A stretch of DNA of 64,000 nucleotides from Deferribacterales bacterium. Lineage in GTDB: Bacteria; Chrysiogenota; Deferribacteres; Deferribacterales; Geovibrionaceae. Position 1 is the stretch's first letter; the number at the start of each line of letters is the position of its first letter. Both the position numbers and the translations under genes were made by a program. Positions 50,437 to 61,802 of this stretch are shown here, in pieces. The notes under the pieces are model-generated. The model saw only the letters and a list, made by a program, of their open reading frames with translations. It searched no databases and was not told the origin of the DNA. Location: contig JBFWLW010000001.1 of the NCBI GenBank assembly GCA_050251945.1, positions 288,001 to 352,000 on the forward strand, given 5' to 3'.

Positions 50437-52227
50437 TTAGTCATTTTCTGGGACGTTAAACTGCATAAAGAGTTCTTTAAGCTGTTTTTCGTCCACTTTG
50501 CTGGGAGCCTCACTCATCATGTCGGTGGCTCTCTGCGTTTTCGGGAAAGCTATAACGTCTCTGATGGATTCAGAGCCTGTGAGGATAGACGCAAGTCTGT
50601 CCACACCAAACGCTATACCGCCGTGAGGTGGTGTTCCGTAACGAAGAGCCTCGATGAAGAAGCCGAATTTATATTCCCTCTCCTCTTCTGTGAAGCCGAG
50701 AGCGTTAAACATTTTTTCCTGAATGTCACTTCTGTGTATCCTGATGGAACCGCCGCCGATCTCGGAACCGTTAAGAACAAGGTCATAGGCTTTGGCGCGC
50801 ATCTTGCCGGGGTCGGTGTCAAAATAATCCACGTCATCATCCAGCGGAGCCGTGAAAGGGTGGTGAACAGCGACATATCTTTTTTCTTCTGCATCATATT
50901 CAAGCAGCGGGAAATCCAGAACCCATGTGAATGAGTACTGTTCCTCTTTTATGTGACCAAGGAGATTTCCGAGTTTGATACGCAGTTTAGACATATAAAG
51001 GTTAACAATTTCTTTTTTGCCTGCACCGAAGAAAATGATATCGCCCGGTTTTGCTCCCAGTTCACTCACAATCTTATCGGCAGAATCGCCGAGAAACTTA
51101 ACAATGGGCGACTGGAGACCGTCTTCATTCACTTTGATATATGCGAGACCTGCCGCGCCAAGTGAAACAACAAAGTCTGTCAGCTCGTCAATGTCTTTTC
51201 TGGAAAATTTTTCGCCTGCGCCTTCCGCAACAACAGCTTTAACAACTCCGCCGTTGTTTACCGTGTCGTTGAACACTTTAAAACCGCTGTCTTTAACAAG
51301 GTCGTTGACGGTTTTAAGGTACATCGCAAAACGTGTGTCGGGTGCATCGTGACCGTATTTCTCCATAGCGTCGTCATAGGACATTCTGGGGAAACCTTTT
51401 TCAAGCTTAATGCCTTTCAGTTTATCAAATATAAGGATGTACATATCCTCAATGAGATCCATGAGGTCTTCCCTGTCGATGAATGACATCTCCATATCCA
51501 GCTGAGTGAACTCAGGCTGACGGTCGGCACGAAGGTCTTCGTCGCGGAAGCATTTAACAATCTGGAAGTACCTTTCGTAGCCCGCCACCATCAGAAGCTG
51601 TTTGAACATCTGGGGTGATTGGGGCAGCGCATAGCACTTTCCGGGGTTAACACGGCTGGGTACAAGGTAGTCCCTTGCGCCTTCAGGTGTTGATTTTGTA
51701 AGGAAAGGTGTTTCTATATCCATGAAGTTTCTGCTGTACAGGAACTCACGAACGGTGCGTGTCAGTTCGTGACGGAGTCTCAGGTTGTTCTGAAGCTTCT
51801 GTCTGCGCAGATCGAGATATCTGTATTTAAGTCTTACGTCTTCGTTTGCATTTGTGTAGTCGTCTATCATGAAAGGAGGAGTATTTGCGTTGTTGAGGAT
51901 GCGCAGTTCGTCTACCATGATTTCAACTTCGCCTGTGGGAAGTTTTGTATTTACAGTGCCGTCGGGTCTGCCGGAAACAGTACCTTTAACAGCTATGACA
52001 AATTCGTTTCTGATGCTGTTGCCCTGATCGTGGACAGTTTTGTTATATTCGGGGTTCATCACAACCTGAGTGATGCCCTCTCTGTCTCTGAGGTCAACGA
52101 AAATAACACCGCCGTGGTCTCTGCGGCGCTGAACCCAGCCCATTATACAGACTTTTTCGCCGATGTTTTTTCCGGTAAGTTGTGCGCAGTGGTGGCTCCT
52201 TCGCCAGTCTCCCATGTTAGCAAGCAC
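50437..52227 (-). CDS. aspS: aspartyl-tRNA synthetase (likely non-discriminating)
   Basis: [39 protein letters not shown]. Confidence 0.97.
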   Translation of the reverse strand: MLANMGDWRRSHHCAQLTGKNIGEKVCIMGWVQRRRDHGGVIFVDLRDREGITQVVMNPEYNKTVHDQGNSIRNEFVIAVKGTVSGRPDGTVNTKLPTGEVEIMVDELRILNNANTPPFMIDDYTNANEDVRLKYRYLDLRRQKLQNNLRLRHELTRTVREFLYSRNFMDIETPFLTKSTPEGARDYLVPSRVNPGKCYALPQSPQMFKQLLMVAGYERYFQIVKCFRDEDLRADRQPEFTQLDMEMSFIDREDLMDLIEDMYILIFDKLKGIKLEKGFPRMSYDDAMEKYGHDAPDTRFAMYLKTVNDLVKDSGFKVFNDTVNNGGVVKAVVAEGAGEKFSRKDIDELTDFVVSLGAAGLAYIKVNEDGLQSPIVKFLGDSADKIVSELGAKPGDIIFFGAGKKEIVNLYMSKLRIKLGNLLGHIKEEQYSFTWVLDFPLLEYDAEEKRYVAVHHPFTAPLDDDVDYFDTDPGKMRAKAYDLVLNGSEIGGGSIRIHRSDIQEKMFNALGFTEEEREYKFGFFIEALRYGTPPHGGIAFGVDRLASILTGSESIRDVIAFPKTQRATDMMSEAPSKVDEKQLKELFMQFNVPEND

Positions 52228-52228
52228 G

Positions 52229-53491
52229 TTAATTCCTCCTGAGTTTATCTATAATATATTCCGTAACCTTCTCGGTAGCAATCTCTTCCTGTGTACCCGC
52301 CTGCATGTCTTTGACAGCGGCGGTATTTTTCGCAGCCTCGTCTTCACCTATAACAACTGTGAAAAGTGAACCGTATCTGTCGGCAAGGCTGAACTGCTTC
52401 TTCATCTTGCGGAAATCGTAGTCCATATCTACACTGATTCCCTGAGAACGCATTTCGTTCGCTAATTTCAGCGCAGTTTTGTCGGAAACATCCTTAAAAC
52501 TGATGATGAACACGTCAAGATCGTTCTCTTTCTCGGTTTCGTTAAGCATACAGAGGCTAACCAGCCTGTCTATGCCAACTGCAAAGCCAATCCCTGCCGT
52601 GTCCGGACCGCCGAGGAGCTGAATCAGCCCGTCGTAACGTCCTCCTGCTCCCACAGCGCTCTGTGAACCAAGTTTGTCGGTTATCATCTCAAACGCAGTA
52701 CGCACATAATAGTCAAGTCCTCTGACCATCATCGGATTCACTTTATACGGTACTGAGAGTGCGTCAAGGTAGCTTTTCACACCCTCAAAATGGTCTTTGC
52801 ACTCATCGCAGAGGAAATCAACCGCTTTTGGTGCATCCGCAGTAATCTTTTTGCAGGATTCGTTCTTGCAGTCGAGTATGCGCATGGGGTTCTTGTCCAG
52901 CCTGCGCAGGCAGTCGCCGCACAGATGGTCTATATTGGCTTTGAAATATTCTATAAGTTTTTCGTTGTAAGCGGGGCGGCAGTCGGGACAGCCGATGGAG
53001 TTTATCTCCATGCTGACATAATCTTTAATGTCAAGGTTTTCCGCCAGTTTATAAAGCAGATAGATAACATCAGCATCTATTGAAGGACCGCCGGAGCCGA
53101 AAACCTCGATTCCGGCCTGTGTGAACTGGCGGAACCTGCCCTTCTGCGGGCGCTCCCTGCGGAACATGGGACCTATGTAATAATATTTTGATATTCCCGG
53201 TGTGGAAAACAGTTTGTTTTCGACATAGGCTCTGACGAGCGATGCAGTACCCTCGGGACGCAATGAAACGGAGGTGCCGTCTCTGTCCTCAAAGGCAAAC
53301 ATCTCTTTCTCAACTATGTCTGTAGTTGAGCCGATGCCTCTGTTAAATACTTCTGTTTTTTCAAGAACCGGAAGATAGAACTCTTCAAAATTGAACGTGC
53401 GGAATGTCTGTTTGAATACTTTTTCGACCTTGTTCCAATATCTGGCTTCCAGTCCGTATATGTCTCTGAACCCTTTGACTTTCTGATACAC
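52229..53491 (-). CDS. hisS: histidyl-tRNA synthetase
   Basis: [29 protein letters not shown]. Confidence 0.97.
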   Translation of the reverse strand: MYQKVKGFRDIYGLEARYWNKVEKVFKQTFRTFNFEEFYLPVLEKTEVFNRGIGSTTDIVEKEMFAFEDRDGTSVSLRPEGTASLVRAYVENKLFSTPGISKYYYIGPMFRRERPQKGRFRQFTQAGIEVFGSGGPSIDADVIYLLYKLAENLDIKDYVSMEINSIGCPDCRPAYNEKLIEYFKANIDHLCGDCLRRLDKNPMRILDCKNESCKKITADAPKAVDFLCDECKDHFEGVKSYLDALSVPYKVNPMMVRGLDYYVRTAFEMITDKLGSQSAVGAGGRYDGLIQLLGGPDTAGIGFAVGIDRLVSLCMLNETEKENDLDVFIISFKDVSDKTALKLANEMRSQGISVDMDYDFRKMKKQFSLADRYGSLFTVVIGEDEAAKNTAAVKDMQAGTQEEIATEKVTEYIIDKLRRN

Positions 53492-53554
53492 GGAAAATAT
53501 TCCTCCAAAACCCTGATAATATGCTTAAAACATTGTCCAGTCAACAGGAAGCTT

Positions 53555-54253
53555 TCAGAGTTTGAATTTTATCTTAGCGATAGCTGTGATGGCAAGAGAA
53601 GCCTCTTCAATGTCGAGTTTGGAGAGGTTCAGGGTGCCGTGGTACATCCACTGATCATTTATATCCTGATTGAAGTGGTGTTTAAAATATTTCTCTTTGC
53701 GCTTGTCAACTTCGGCGATACGGTCTTTCGCATCTTTTTTAGAAATGTTCTCACGGGCGCTAACCCAGCGTATTCTGTCATCTTCAAAAGCTATCAGTCT
53801 GAAATGAAGAGTGTCCGGCACATCGGCAAGGATACTCACCCCGCCCCTGCCCATAATTACGGAGTTTGTAGTGTCCGCCGCTTTAACTATTATCTTCTTT
53901 ATCATTGCTTGAAAGGAATCACTGTCGAATGCGGTTGTATCAGGATTATATTTTTCAAAGAAGGTCTCCGCCTCCTGCATAGCTATCTCTTTAGCAGTCT
54001 TTTCGGAATAATCCGTTTTACCCAGCATGTCGGCAAACATGCCCAGATCGAAATATTTGGACATAAAGGAACGCATGGAGGAGAATTCTTCCTCGTCAAA
54101 CTGTTTGAGTTTTTCTTCATCCGTACTCATCAGCACGGAAGCAATGCGTATCAGTTCCTTATGGAGAAATTTAAACCCGAGTTTTTCTGCGATGCGCTCC
54201 GCAACGTATTCGCCGCCGCAGCCGTACTGTCTTGAAATGGTTATGACCGCCAT
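53555..54253 (-). CDS. cytidylate kinase-like family protein
   Basis: ITISRQYGCGG, VIMGRGG, D.R..Y..H. Confidence 0.82.
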   Translation of the reverse strand: MAVITISRQYGCGGEYVAERIAEKLGFKFLHKELIRIASVLMSTDEEKLKQFDEEEFSSMRSFMSKYFDLGMFADMLGKTDYSEKTAKEIAMQEAETFFEKYNPDTTAFDSDSFQAMIKKIIVKAADTTNSVIMGRGGVSILADVPDTLHFRLIAFEDDRIRWVSARENISKKDAKDRIAEVDKRKEKYFKHHFNQDINDQWMYHGTLNLSKLDIEEASLAITAIAKIKFKL

Positions 54254-54747
54254 ATGCACACCCCCAGTTTGCTTATACCAAGATCGTCCTTAATATTTTT
54301 TACCATATCATTGACGTTTAAGCAACTTACTGGGTGCCTGTAATTTGGATAAATTTCGGAGAGAGGATATAAAACAAAACTTCTGTTCTGCATCTCTTTA
54401 TGCGGCAAGGACAGACCCGAAAACTCTGCGACTATGTTGTCATAGTCTATAATATCTATATCTATCAGACGGGTATACCATCTCCCGGAATTCTCTCTTC
54501 CCAGAACTTTTTCAAGATTTTTAACGGCAGTCAGCAGATTCTCAGGAGGGAAATCTGTGAGGATAAGTACACATAGATTAAAATATCCATCCTGTCCGTC
54601 GCGAAGAAGAGATGCCGTTTTGTATACGGATGATACGCGCACGACCTCGCAGAAACGGGATATCTCATTAACAGCGCGGGCAAGATTACGGGCTTTCTGC
54701 CCCAGATTACTTCCCAGTCCCAGTACCGCCAAGCTCTTTTTGGGCAT
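54241..54747 (-). CDS. folK: 2-amino-4-hydroxy-6-hydroxymethyldihydropteridine diphosphokinase
   Basis: LGLGSNLG, RLIDIDI, LPH..M.NRSFVL.PL; start codon uncertain. Confidence 0.9.
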   Translation of the reverse strand: MPKKSLAVLGLGSNLGQKARNLARAVNEISRFCEVVRVSSVYKTASLLRDGQDGYFNLCVLILTDFPPENLLTAVKNLEKVLGRENSGRWYTRLIDIDIIDYDNIVAEFSGLSLPHKEMQNRSFVLYPLSEIYPNYRHPVSCLNVNDMVKNIKDDLGISKLGVCIWRS

Positions 54748-55426
54748 CTTCCATCCTCGCTCTGATAATGTCAAGCATCTCCCTGTCTTTCACGCCTTCG
54801 GGACTAACAGGGTCAAGAAAGCGTATCCGCACCTTTCTGAAGGGATTGATGATAAACGCACCTTTTTTCATAACTTTGCATGAACCGTCTATTACAAAAG
54901 GAATTATTTGCTGACCTGTACGAACTGCAAGTGTGAACGCACCGCGTTTGAATGGGAGCATAACGCCGTCTTCAGACCTTGTACCTTCAGGAAAAAGCAG
55001 AACGGAATAACCTTCCTGAATTTTCTTTGCGGCATCGAAAAGGCTTTTAAGCGACTCGCGGCTCTCTCCTCTGTCGATGGGGATAAGCCCCATGTGCTTG
55101 ATGGCGTACCCGAAGAACGGGAGCGAGAAAAGCTCTCTCTTCGCCATAAAAAGAAAGTCTTTATCTATTATGGATATCATGGAAAAGATGTCAACGTAGC
55201 TCTGGTGGTTGCCCATGAAAACGTAGTTTTTGTCAGGTTCAATCTTCTCAAGCCCTTCAACTTCGTAACGCACGAGGAAAAGCTTTGAGCTTATTTTTGA
55301 CCAGAGTCTTGCCAGCATAAAGAACGGATTTTTCCCTATAAGAACAAACGGCATGCCGCATATAGTAAGAAATGCCGTCATTAAACCGAATATTATCCAT
55401 ACAAAAAGGCTGTAGATTATTTTCAT
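54707..55426 (-). CDS. plsC: 1-acyl-sn-glycerol-3-phosphate acyltransferase
   Basis: NHQSYVD, FPEGTRS, FKRGAF. Confidence 0.9.
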   Translation of the reverse strand: MKIIYSLFVWIIFGLMTAFLTICGMPFVLIGKNPFFMLARLWSKISSKLFLVRYEVEGLEKIEPDKNYVFMGNHQSYVDIFSMISIIDKDFLFMAKRELFSLPFFGYAIKHMGLIPIDRGESRESLKSLFDAAKKIQEGYSVLLFPEGTRSEDGVMLPFKRGAFTLAVRTGQQIIPFVIDGSCKVMKKGAFIINPFRKVRIRFLDPVSPEGVKDREMLDIIRARMEDAQKELGGTGTGK

Positions 55427-56790
55427 TTTACCTTACCTGCGATATCTCCCAGAACACCGGAGAACGTCGGGTGGTTAAAGACGAAATCTTCAAGTTTATT
55501 AAGGGATATTTTGGATTGTATCATCATGGAAAATGTTGTGACGAGTTCCGCCGCGCCGCTTCCGATAGCATGACAACCCAGAATCTTTTTAGATGTCTCG
55601 TCGTATATAACCTTTATGAAACCCTTGAAAGTACCGGACATTATGGCATTCTCAAAGTTCTTGAATGAATGTTTTATCACTTTACAGTCGATTCCGAGTT
55701 CCTTTGCCTTGTCCTCACTAAGCCCGACTGCCGCGATTTCAGGGTCGAGATGCAGTATCCTCGGACAGTAATCGGCGGAAATGATCTTGCTTTTTTCAAG
55801 TATGTCGTTTGCAACCATATCCGCGGACATAAACGCCCAATTCACGAACATATTTATTCCCGTGCAGTCGCCGACAACATAAACGTTCCTATTGGTTGTG
55901 CGAAGGCTCTTTGTCAGCTTCGGAAAGCCCCTTTCGCAAAGTTTGATACCGGCATTGTCAACGCCCAGCCTGCCCATGTTCGGCTTCCTTCCGATGGAAA
56001 GAAATACCTCTTCAGATTCAAGTTTGGTGTCGTTGCTCAGAAATACGATTGTCTTATTGCCTACCTTTTCAATGCGCTCAACCGAAACACCTTTGACTAT
56101 CTCAACACCGTTCTTTTTTATCTGATCTTCATAGTCTTTAACGACTTGTCTGTCGATGGTTGCAAGTATCTTGTCAGTCTTTTCAACGATAGTTACCGTC
56201 GACCCTATTCTTCTGAAAAAAGTTGCAAACTCTGTTCCGATGAATCCTCCGCCGACAACGATAACGCTCTTAGGCGCTGTGGTCAGTTCAAAGATATTTG
56301 TTGAATCAATAAGTTTTTTAGTTGAAGGAACATTGGTGACCATGTTGTTTGAGCCGGTTGCTATCACGGCTTTTGAAAAACCGAGCAGGAAAGACTGCTT
56401 CTCCTCTGTCACGCGCAATGTATTGGCATCTTCAAAAACAGCCGTTCCGCGCATAAGCTGGACACCGGACTGTTCCAGTTCATCCTGAAAATCCTTAACA
56501 AGTTTGGCAGTTATGCCGTCGATATATTTTTTGGCTTTTTTGAAATCGAATGAAGCCGCTTTATCATAGTCAACGTTGATAAAATTTGAAGCTTTGTTGA
56601 TGCTTCGTTCGTACAGATAGCTTATATGAAGCAGCAGATTGGAAACAACACTGCCTGTAAAGCAGTAGCTTCCTCCGATGTTCCTGTCTATCAGCAGAAC
56701 CTGTTTTCCGTTGTCCGCCAGTTTTTTGGCACATTCGATGCCGGCGGGACCGGCACCGATGACAACTATATCAAAGTGCTGTTTAACCAT
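55423..56790 (-). CDS. class-I pyridine nucleotide-disulfide oxidoreductase homolog (Lpd/SthA-like) lacking the redox disulfide
   Basis: GAGPAG, ATGS, GGGFIGTE, GD and HPT motifs; CxxxxC replaced by GGSYCFTGSVVS. Confidence 0.8.
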   Translation of the reverse strand: MVKQHFDIVVIGAGPAGIECAKKLADNGKQVLLIDRNIGGSYCFTGSVVSNLLLHISYLYERSINKASNFINVDYDKAASFDFKKAKKYIDGITAKLVKDFQDELEQSGVQLMRGTAVFEDANTLRVTEEKQSFLLGFSKAVIATGSNNMVTNVPSTKKLIDSTNIFELTTAPKSVIVVGGGFIGTEFATFFRRIGSTVTIVEKTDKILATIDRQVVKDYEDQIKKNGVEIVKGVSVERIEKVGNKTIVFLSNDTKLESEEVFLSIGRKPNMGRLGVDNAGIKLCERGFPKLTKSLRTTNRNVYVVGDCTGINMFVNWAFMSADMVANDILEKSKIISADYCPRILHLDPEIAAVGLSEDKAKELGIDCKVIKHSFKNFENAIMSGTFKGFIKVIYDETSKKILGCHAIGSGAAELVTTFSMMIQSKISLNKLEDFVFNHPTFSGVLGDIAGKVK

Positions 56791-56797
56791 TTTTGCA

Positions 56798-58210
56798 TCA
56801 GTACCTGTAATGCTCCGGTTTATAAGGACCTTCGACAGGTACACCGATGTAGTCCGCCTGATCTTTTGAAAGTGTGGTCAGCTTAGCGCCTATTTTTGAA
56901 AGGTGCAGTCTTGCCACTTCCTCATCCAGTTTTTTGCTCAGCCTGTAAACTTTCGCTTCGTATTTTTCTTTATTAACCCAAAGGTCTATCTGGGCAAGGG
57001 TCTGGTTTGTGAAAGAGTTGCTCATAACAAACGACGGGTGACCTGTGGCACAGCCGAGGTTCACCAGCCTTCCCTCTGCCAGAAGATATATAGAATTACC
57101 TGCGGGGAAAGTGTATTTATCCACCTGCGGCTTGATGTTCAGTTTCTTAATACCTTTGAAAGCTTCAAGTTTCGCAACTTCTATCTCGTTGTCAAAGTGA
57201 CCGATGTTGCAAACGATAGCCTGATCTTTCATTTTTTCCATGTGTTCGATGCGGATGATGTCTTTGTTTCCGGTTGTCGTCACATAAATGTCGCCGATGC
57301 CGAGTGTGTCCTCAACGGTTTTGACGCTGTAACCTGCCATGCAAGCCTGAAGCGCACATATGGGGTCAACTTCGGTAACGGTCACTATTGCTCCCATGGC
57401 TCTGAGAGATTCAGCACAACCTTTACCTACGTCGCCGTATCCGCATACGACGGCAACTTTTCCCGCTATCATAACGTCTGTGGCTCTTTTGATTCCGTCA
57501 ACGAGAGATTCACGGCATCCGTAAAGGTTATCGAATTTTGACTTTGTAACAGAATCATTTACATTGATAGCAGGAACTAACAGTTCACCTTTTTCCATCA
57601 TCTGATAAAGTCTGTGAACTCCAGTTGTGGTCTCTTCGGAAACTCCCTTCCACTCTTTAACAGTGTCATGCCATCTGGTAGGAGTTTCTTTCAGAATTAT
57701 TTTAAGACGTTTATAGAGTTCCGCCTCGTCTTCGCCGTGGGGAGTTCTGTCGAGAATTGAGGGGTCTTTTTCAGCCAGATAACCGACGTGGATCATCATT
57801 GTGGCGTCGCCGCCGTCGTCAACGATGAGCTGGGGACCTTTGCCGCCATCAAAACGAAGCGCCATATCCGTACACCACCAGTATTCTTCAAGGCTTTCGC
57901 CCTTCCAAGCATAAACGGGAGTACCTGTCTGCGCTATGGCAGCCGCAGCATGATCCTGTGTGGAAAATATGTTACAGCTCGCCCATCTCACTTCTGCACC
58001 CAGAGCAGTCAGTGTTTCTATAAGCACAGCAGTCTGGATTGTCATGTGAAGAGAACCTGATATGCGAACTCCTGCCAGAGGCTTAAGAGCGGCATATTTC
58101 TCTCTTGTAGCCATAAGACCGGGCATCTCATGCTCGGCAATATCGATCTCTTTGCGTCCGAAATCCGCAAGTGAAATATCGGCTACTTTGTATTTAAGCG
58201 TGTTGTCCAT
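56798..58210 (-). CDS. ahcY: S-adenosylhomocysteine hydrolase
   Basis: [43 protein letters not shown]-terminal YRY. Confidence 0.97.
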   Translation of the reverse strand: MDNTLKYKVADISLADFGRKEIDIAEHEMPGLMATREKYAALKPLAGVRISGSLHMTIQTAVLIETLTALGAEVRWASCNIFSTQDHAAAAIAQTGTPVYAWKGESLEEYWWCTDMALRFDGGKGPQLIVDDGGDATMMIHVGYLAEKDPSILDRTPHGEDEAELYKRLKIILKETPTRWHDTVKEWKGVSEETTTGVHRLYQMMEKGELLVPAINVNDSVTKSKFDNLYGCRESLVDGIKRATDVMIAGKVAVVCGYGDVGKGCAESLRAMGAIVTVTEVDPICALQACMAGYSVKTVEDTLGIGDIYVTTTGNKDIIRIEHMEKMKDQAIVCNIGHFDNEIEVAKLEAFKGIKKLNIKPQVDKYTFPAGNSIYLLAEGRLVNLGCATGHPSFVMSNSFTNQTLAQIDLWVNKEKYEAKVYRLSKKLDEEVARLHLSKIGAKLTTLSKDQADYIGVPVEGPYKPEHYRY

Positions 58211-58224
58211 TGTTATCTCCTTTA

Positions 58225-58263
58225 AACACAGAAAGCCCGCAAAAGTTGAACCTCTGCGGGCTT
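58225..58263 (-). terminator. hairpin between metK and ahcY
   Basis: AAGCCCGCA...TGCGGGCTT followed by TCTGTGTTT on the minus strand. Confidence 0.55.
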
Positions 58264-58277
58264 GAATAATTTGATTA

Positions 58278-59417
58278 TCAGCGTACTGCTGCGAGAAGCG
58301 CGTCCACTTTGTCAGTGTTTTCCCATGAAAATTCGCTGCGTCCGAAGTGACCGTATGCGGCCGTTTTTCTGTATATCGGTTTGCGAAGGTCAAGAGCCGT
58401 CATGATACCTTTGGGCGTGAGGTCAAAAACCTCCATAACAGCTTTTTCTATAAGTTTTTCATCAACTTCGGCGGTACCGAATGTGTTCACCATTATGCTA
58501 ACGGGTTCTGCAACGCCTATCGCGTATGCAACCTGTATTTCACATCTTTTTGCCAGACCTGCGGCAACGATGTTCTTAGCGACCCATCTTGCGGCATATG
58601 CTGCGGAACGGTCAACCTTTGACGGGTCTTTTCCGCTGAAAGCGCCGCCGCCGTGGCGACCCATACCGCCGTATGTATCTACGATTATCTTACGTCCTGT
58701 AAGACCGCAATCGCCCATGGGACCGCCTATTACGAAGCGTCCTGTGGGATTTATGTGATATTTGCATTTATCGTCAAGCATATCGCTGGGGATAACCGGT
58801 TTGATGACTTTTTCTATGATGTCGTGTTTCAGCACGTCCATTTTTATATCTTCAGAATGCTGTGAGCTGACAACCACAGTATCGACACGAATTGGTGTGT
58901 AGCCGTCATATTCTATTGTTACCTGAGATTTGCTGTCGGGACGAAGGTAGCTGAGTTCACCGCTTTTGCGGACTTCTGAAAGTCTCTTGGTTATTTTATG
59001 CGCAAGCATGATAGGCATAGGCATCAGTTCGGGCGTTTCGTCGCAAGCATAGCCGAACATAAGCCCCTGATCGCCTGCACCGCCGGTGTCAACACCCATA
59101 GCGATGTCGGGAGACTGCTTGTTTAACGTGATTATAACACCGCAAGTGTCGGCGTCAAAACCGAATTTCGCTCTTGTATATCCTATCTGTCTGATGGTTT
59201 CTCTGACAGTGGCCTGAATATCCACATACGTGCTGGTGGTAACTTCGCCTGATACCACTGCAAGTCCTGTTGTAACGAGAGTTTCACATGCGACACGGCT
59301 GTAAGGGTCGTCTTTGAGCATCGCATCAAGAATTGCGTCGGAAATCTGATCCGCTATCTTATCCGGGTGTCCCTCGCTGACAGACTCTGATGTGAATAAA
59401 TACTTTTTGTTATCCAT
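58278..59417 (-). CDS. metK: S-adenosylmethionine synthetase
   Basis: [26 protein letters not shown]. Confidence 0.97.
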   Translation of the reverse strand: MDNKKYLFTSESVSEGHPDKIADQISDAILDAMLKDDPYSRVACETLVTTGLAVVSGEVTTSTYVDIQATVRETIRQIGYTRAKFGFDADTCGVIITLNKQSPDIAMGVDTGGAGDQGLMFGYACDETPELMPMPIMLAHKITKRLSEVRKSGELSYLRPDSKSQVTIEYDGYTPIRVDTVVVSSQHSEDIKMDVLKHDIIEKVIKPVIPSDMLDDKCKYHINPTGRFVIGGPMGDCGLTGRKIIVDTYGGMGRHGGGAFSGKDPSKVDRSAAYAARWVAKNIVAAGLAKRCEIQVAYAIGVAEPVSIMVNTFGTAEVDEKLIEKAVMEVFDLTPKGIMTALDLRKPIYRKTAAYGHFGRSEFSWENTDKVDALLAAVR

Positions 59418-59427
59418 CAACTATCTC

Positions 59428-59658
59428 CTATAAACCATTATCAATTTTGTATTTTATTATGATTTGCGTCATTTTGTCTTTGCCCTTGAGCTTCAGCATT
59501 TTAAGTTCTTTCATTTTAGCTTCGACTTCCGGAGGAAAAAACTTAAGGCTGTAAAGAGCCTCAAGATCCTGTTCAAAGCGGATGTGGTTTTCAAAAAGCT
59601 TCCTGAACTCCTCATCGACCTGACAAATCTTTTCCACCAGTGTGTTGTCTTTAAGCAT
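59428..59658 (-). CDS. small coiled-coil protein (DUF465/YdcH-like)
   Basis: EFRKL..H..FE..L...E..MKELK.LKLK.KD pattern. Confidence 0.65.
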   Translation of the reverse strand: MLKDNTLVEKICQVDEEFRKLFENHIRFEQDLEALYSLKFFPPEVEAKMKELKMLKLKGKDKMTQIIIKYKIDNGL

Positions 59659-60100
59659 GCTCGTCACCCCTGTAATCTGTACGGAGGCATGACATCCTCA
59701 GTGCGTGCCTGCCCTCTCCGTAATAATCTTTAATCTGTCCTTTGGGCTGAAATCCCATTTTTTCATACATAGCAACGGCGGACAGATTAGCCTTTTCCAC
59801 CTCAAGATGTATGATGTCAATTTCTTTGTGTTTTTCAACACAATGCGTAATAAGACGGCTCGCTATGCCTTTTCTGCGGAATTTATCGGCAACGGCAATA
59901 TCAGCAAGTTCCGCCTCATCTAAAATATACCAGAAAACTATATATCCTGCTACTTCACCGTCACATTCGCAGACCATAAAGTCGCTTTTAACTTTGAAAA
60001 GCTCGTTTTCAAACGACTTACGGCTCCACGGGCGAGTAAAGCAACTGTTTTCTATCGCAAGTATGGCGTCCAGATCTTCATGCGATGCATTTCTTATCAA
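59651..60100 (-). CDS. rimI: ribosomal-protein alanine N-acetyltransferase
   Basis: IE..CF..PWS, IAV...FRRKGIA, LEV...N..A..MY...GF, YY; downstream of tsaB; TTG start inferred. Confidence 0.88.
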   Translation of the reverse strand: MIRNASHEDLDAILAIENSCFTRPWSRKSFENELFKVKSDFMVCECDGEVAGYIVFWYILDEAELADIAVADKFRRKGIASRLITHCVEKHKEIDIIHLEVEKANLSAVAMYEKMGFQPKGQIKDYYGEGRHALRMSCLRTDYRGDEHA

Positions 60101-60665
60101 AATTGATCTCCGCCTCGCTGGGACGCATATACATCGGCGCGTAATCTGAAACAAACATATCAAACCTTTCTGAAAGCAGAGCTTCCGAAAGGTTGGCAGT
60201 CTGTCCGCCGACACTGTTGACAACAAAAAGACCGTCAGTGTTTTCAAACTTGCCGGTCATATATTCTGAAAAAACGTTATTTTCAAAGTCGTAATGTCTG
60301 TAGCCATAGAGCTTCCCGCGAAGCCTGACAGCTGTCGTAATTTTTTTCTCTCTGCTGACAATTGCTGCGGCATCAAGGGAACTTATACCATGAAGCTGTT
60401 TTCCGCACGCCATGCAAAAGCCGAGAAGCGTAGCGACACCGATCCGTATCCCTGTGAAGGAACCGGGTCCTTTAACGATATAATATTTGTCGATATCCTG
60501 CGGTGTCAGACCGGAACCGGACAAAAGATTGTCCAGCGCCCAGAGCATCTTTTCACTCAAAGAATTTTCAAGAGACAGAAAAACCGACGAAAAAGGCACC
60601 CTGTTTTCGTCGCATACCGTAACATAAAGTCCCTTTCCCGATGTATCCGCAAGCATGTACTTCAT
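60078..60665 (-). CDS. tsaB: tRNA threonylcarbamoyladenosine biosynthesis protein TsaB
   Basis: DTS, GPGSFTGIRIG, P.Y.RPSEAE. Confidence 0.9.
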   Translation of the reverse strand: MKYMLADTSGKGLYVTVCDENRVPFSSVFLSLENSLSEKMLWALDNLLSGSGLTPQDIDKYYIVKGPGSFTGIRIGVATLLGFCMACGKQLHGISSLDAAAIVSREKKITTAVRLRGKLYGYRHYDFENNVFSEYMTGKFENTDGLFVVNSVGGQTANLSEALLSERFDMFVSDYAPMYMRPSEAEINFDKKCIA

Positions 60666-60728
60666 TTAAGTTATCTTATCAGATATGTGGTATAAGTCAA
60701 TAATCCAAACACAGCAAATATTTCAGAA

Positions 60729-61346
60729 TCACATAAACGGATTGAGTTCTCTTTCATGTCCGATTGTGGATTTGGCGCCGTGTCCGGGATAAACAACCGT
60801 ATGCCCTTCAAGAGTGAAAAGCCTTTCGTTTATGCTGTCAACAAGTGACTGGGTACTGCTGTAAGGAAAATCTGTGCGCCCCACCGATTCAAGAAAAAGC
60901 GTGTCTCCCGTGATCACACTTTTTATCCCGTCGATATAAAAACAACAGCCTCCAGGTGTATGACCGGGAGTATGTATAACATCCAGAACGATTCCGCCGA
61001 GATCAAGCTTCTGTCCGTGTTCCAGATAGCTTGTGACAGCGGGTATTTCCATGTCCCCGAAACCGTACATCTGCATGACTTTTTTACCCTGTGCGAGAAG
61101 AAACTCATCCTCTTTATGCATGTAAAAAGGCAGATCATATTTTTTCATCAGCGGATATATCGCGCCTATGTGGTCAAAATGCCCGTGGGTATTCACCAGT
61201 GCAACAGGCTTAAGCTCCTTAGCCTCAAGATGAGCCTCGATATCCTCTTCGTTACCGCCTGCATCGAATATTACTGCGTTTCCGTTGTTTTCTACTATAT
61301 ATGTATTAACCCCGAGAGGACCTGTTATAACTATCTCAATATCCAT
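60729..61346 (-). CDS. MBL-fold metallo-hydrolase (glyoxalase II-like)
   Basis: THGHFDH, TPGHTPG, GDTLF, PGHG. Confidence 0.9.
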   Translation of the reverse strand: MDIEIVITGPLGVNTYIVENNGNAVIFDAGGNEEDIEAHLEAKELKPVALVNTHGHFDHIGAIYPLMKKYDLPFYMHKEDEFLLAQGKKVMQMYGFGDMEIPAVTSYLEHGQKLDLGGIVLDVIHTPGHTPGGCCFYIDGIKSVITGDTLFLESVGRTDFPYSSTQSLVDSINERLFTLEGHTVVYPGHGAKSTIGHERELNPFM

Positions 61347-61355
61347 ATTCGTCTC

Positions 61356-61802
61356 CTACCGTGATTCTAATATTATTGTGACTGGACCGTCGTTTTCAAG
61401 CCCGACTTTCATATCCGCGGCAAAAATTCCAGTTTGAATCCTGTCCGCAGCATATTGTTTGCGACATTCATCAACAAATTTTTCGTAATACTGATTTGCC
61501 GCCACAGGTTCCATGGCGGTTGTGAAATCAGGACGCAGACCTTTTTTGCAGTTTCCTGCCAGCGTAAACTGGCTGACAACTATCACCCCGCCGTCAATAT
61601 CTTTAACAGACCTGCCCATTTTGCCGTTTTCATCCTCAAATATGCGCAGATTCATTGATTTATAGGCAAGTTCCGCACAGCTTTCAGCCCCGTCGCCCTT
61701 CTCAACTCCGAAAAGAATCAGAAGACCCTTATCTATTTCAGCCTGAGTCTGCCCGTCAATACGGACGTAGGCGCTGTTTACCCTTTGAAGCACAGCCTTC
61801 AT
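61356..61802 (-). CDS. dtd: D-aminoacyl-tRNA deacylase
   Basis: QRV, LRIF, SQFTL, NDGPVT. Confidence 0.95.
   Translation of the reverse strand: MKAVLQRVNSAYVRIDGQTQAEIDKGLLILFGVEKGDGAESCAELAYKSMNLRIFEDENGKMGRSVKDIDGGVIVVSQFTLAGNCKKGLRPDFTTAMEPVAANQYYEKFVDECRKQYAADRIQTGIFAADMKVGLENDGPVTIILESR

Noticed and set aside
56798..58393. N-terminally extended AhcY (531 aa), and similar extensions of PanB, PyrK, RimI, MlaF and MqnD in the ORF track
   Set aside because: Extensions overlap upstream genes or leaders; downstream starts match the expected family N-termini, most with a recognisable RBS
59420..59660. SAM riboswitch upstream of metK
   Set aside because: Region is coding (small ORF and rimI); no S-box consensus seen
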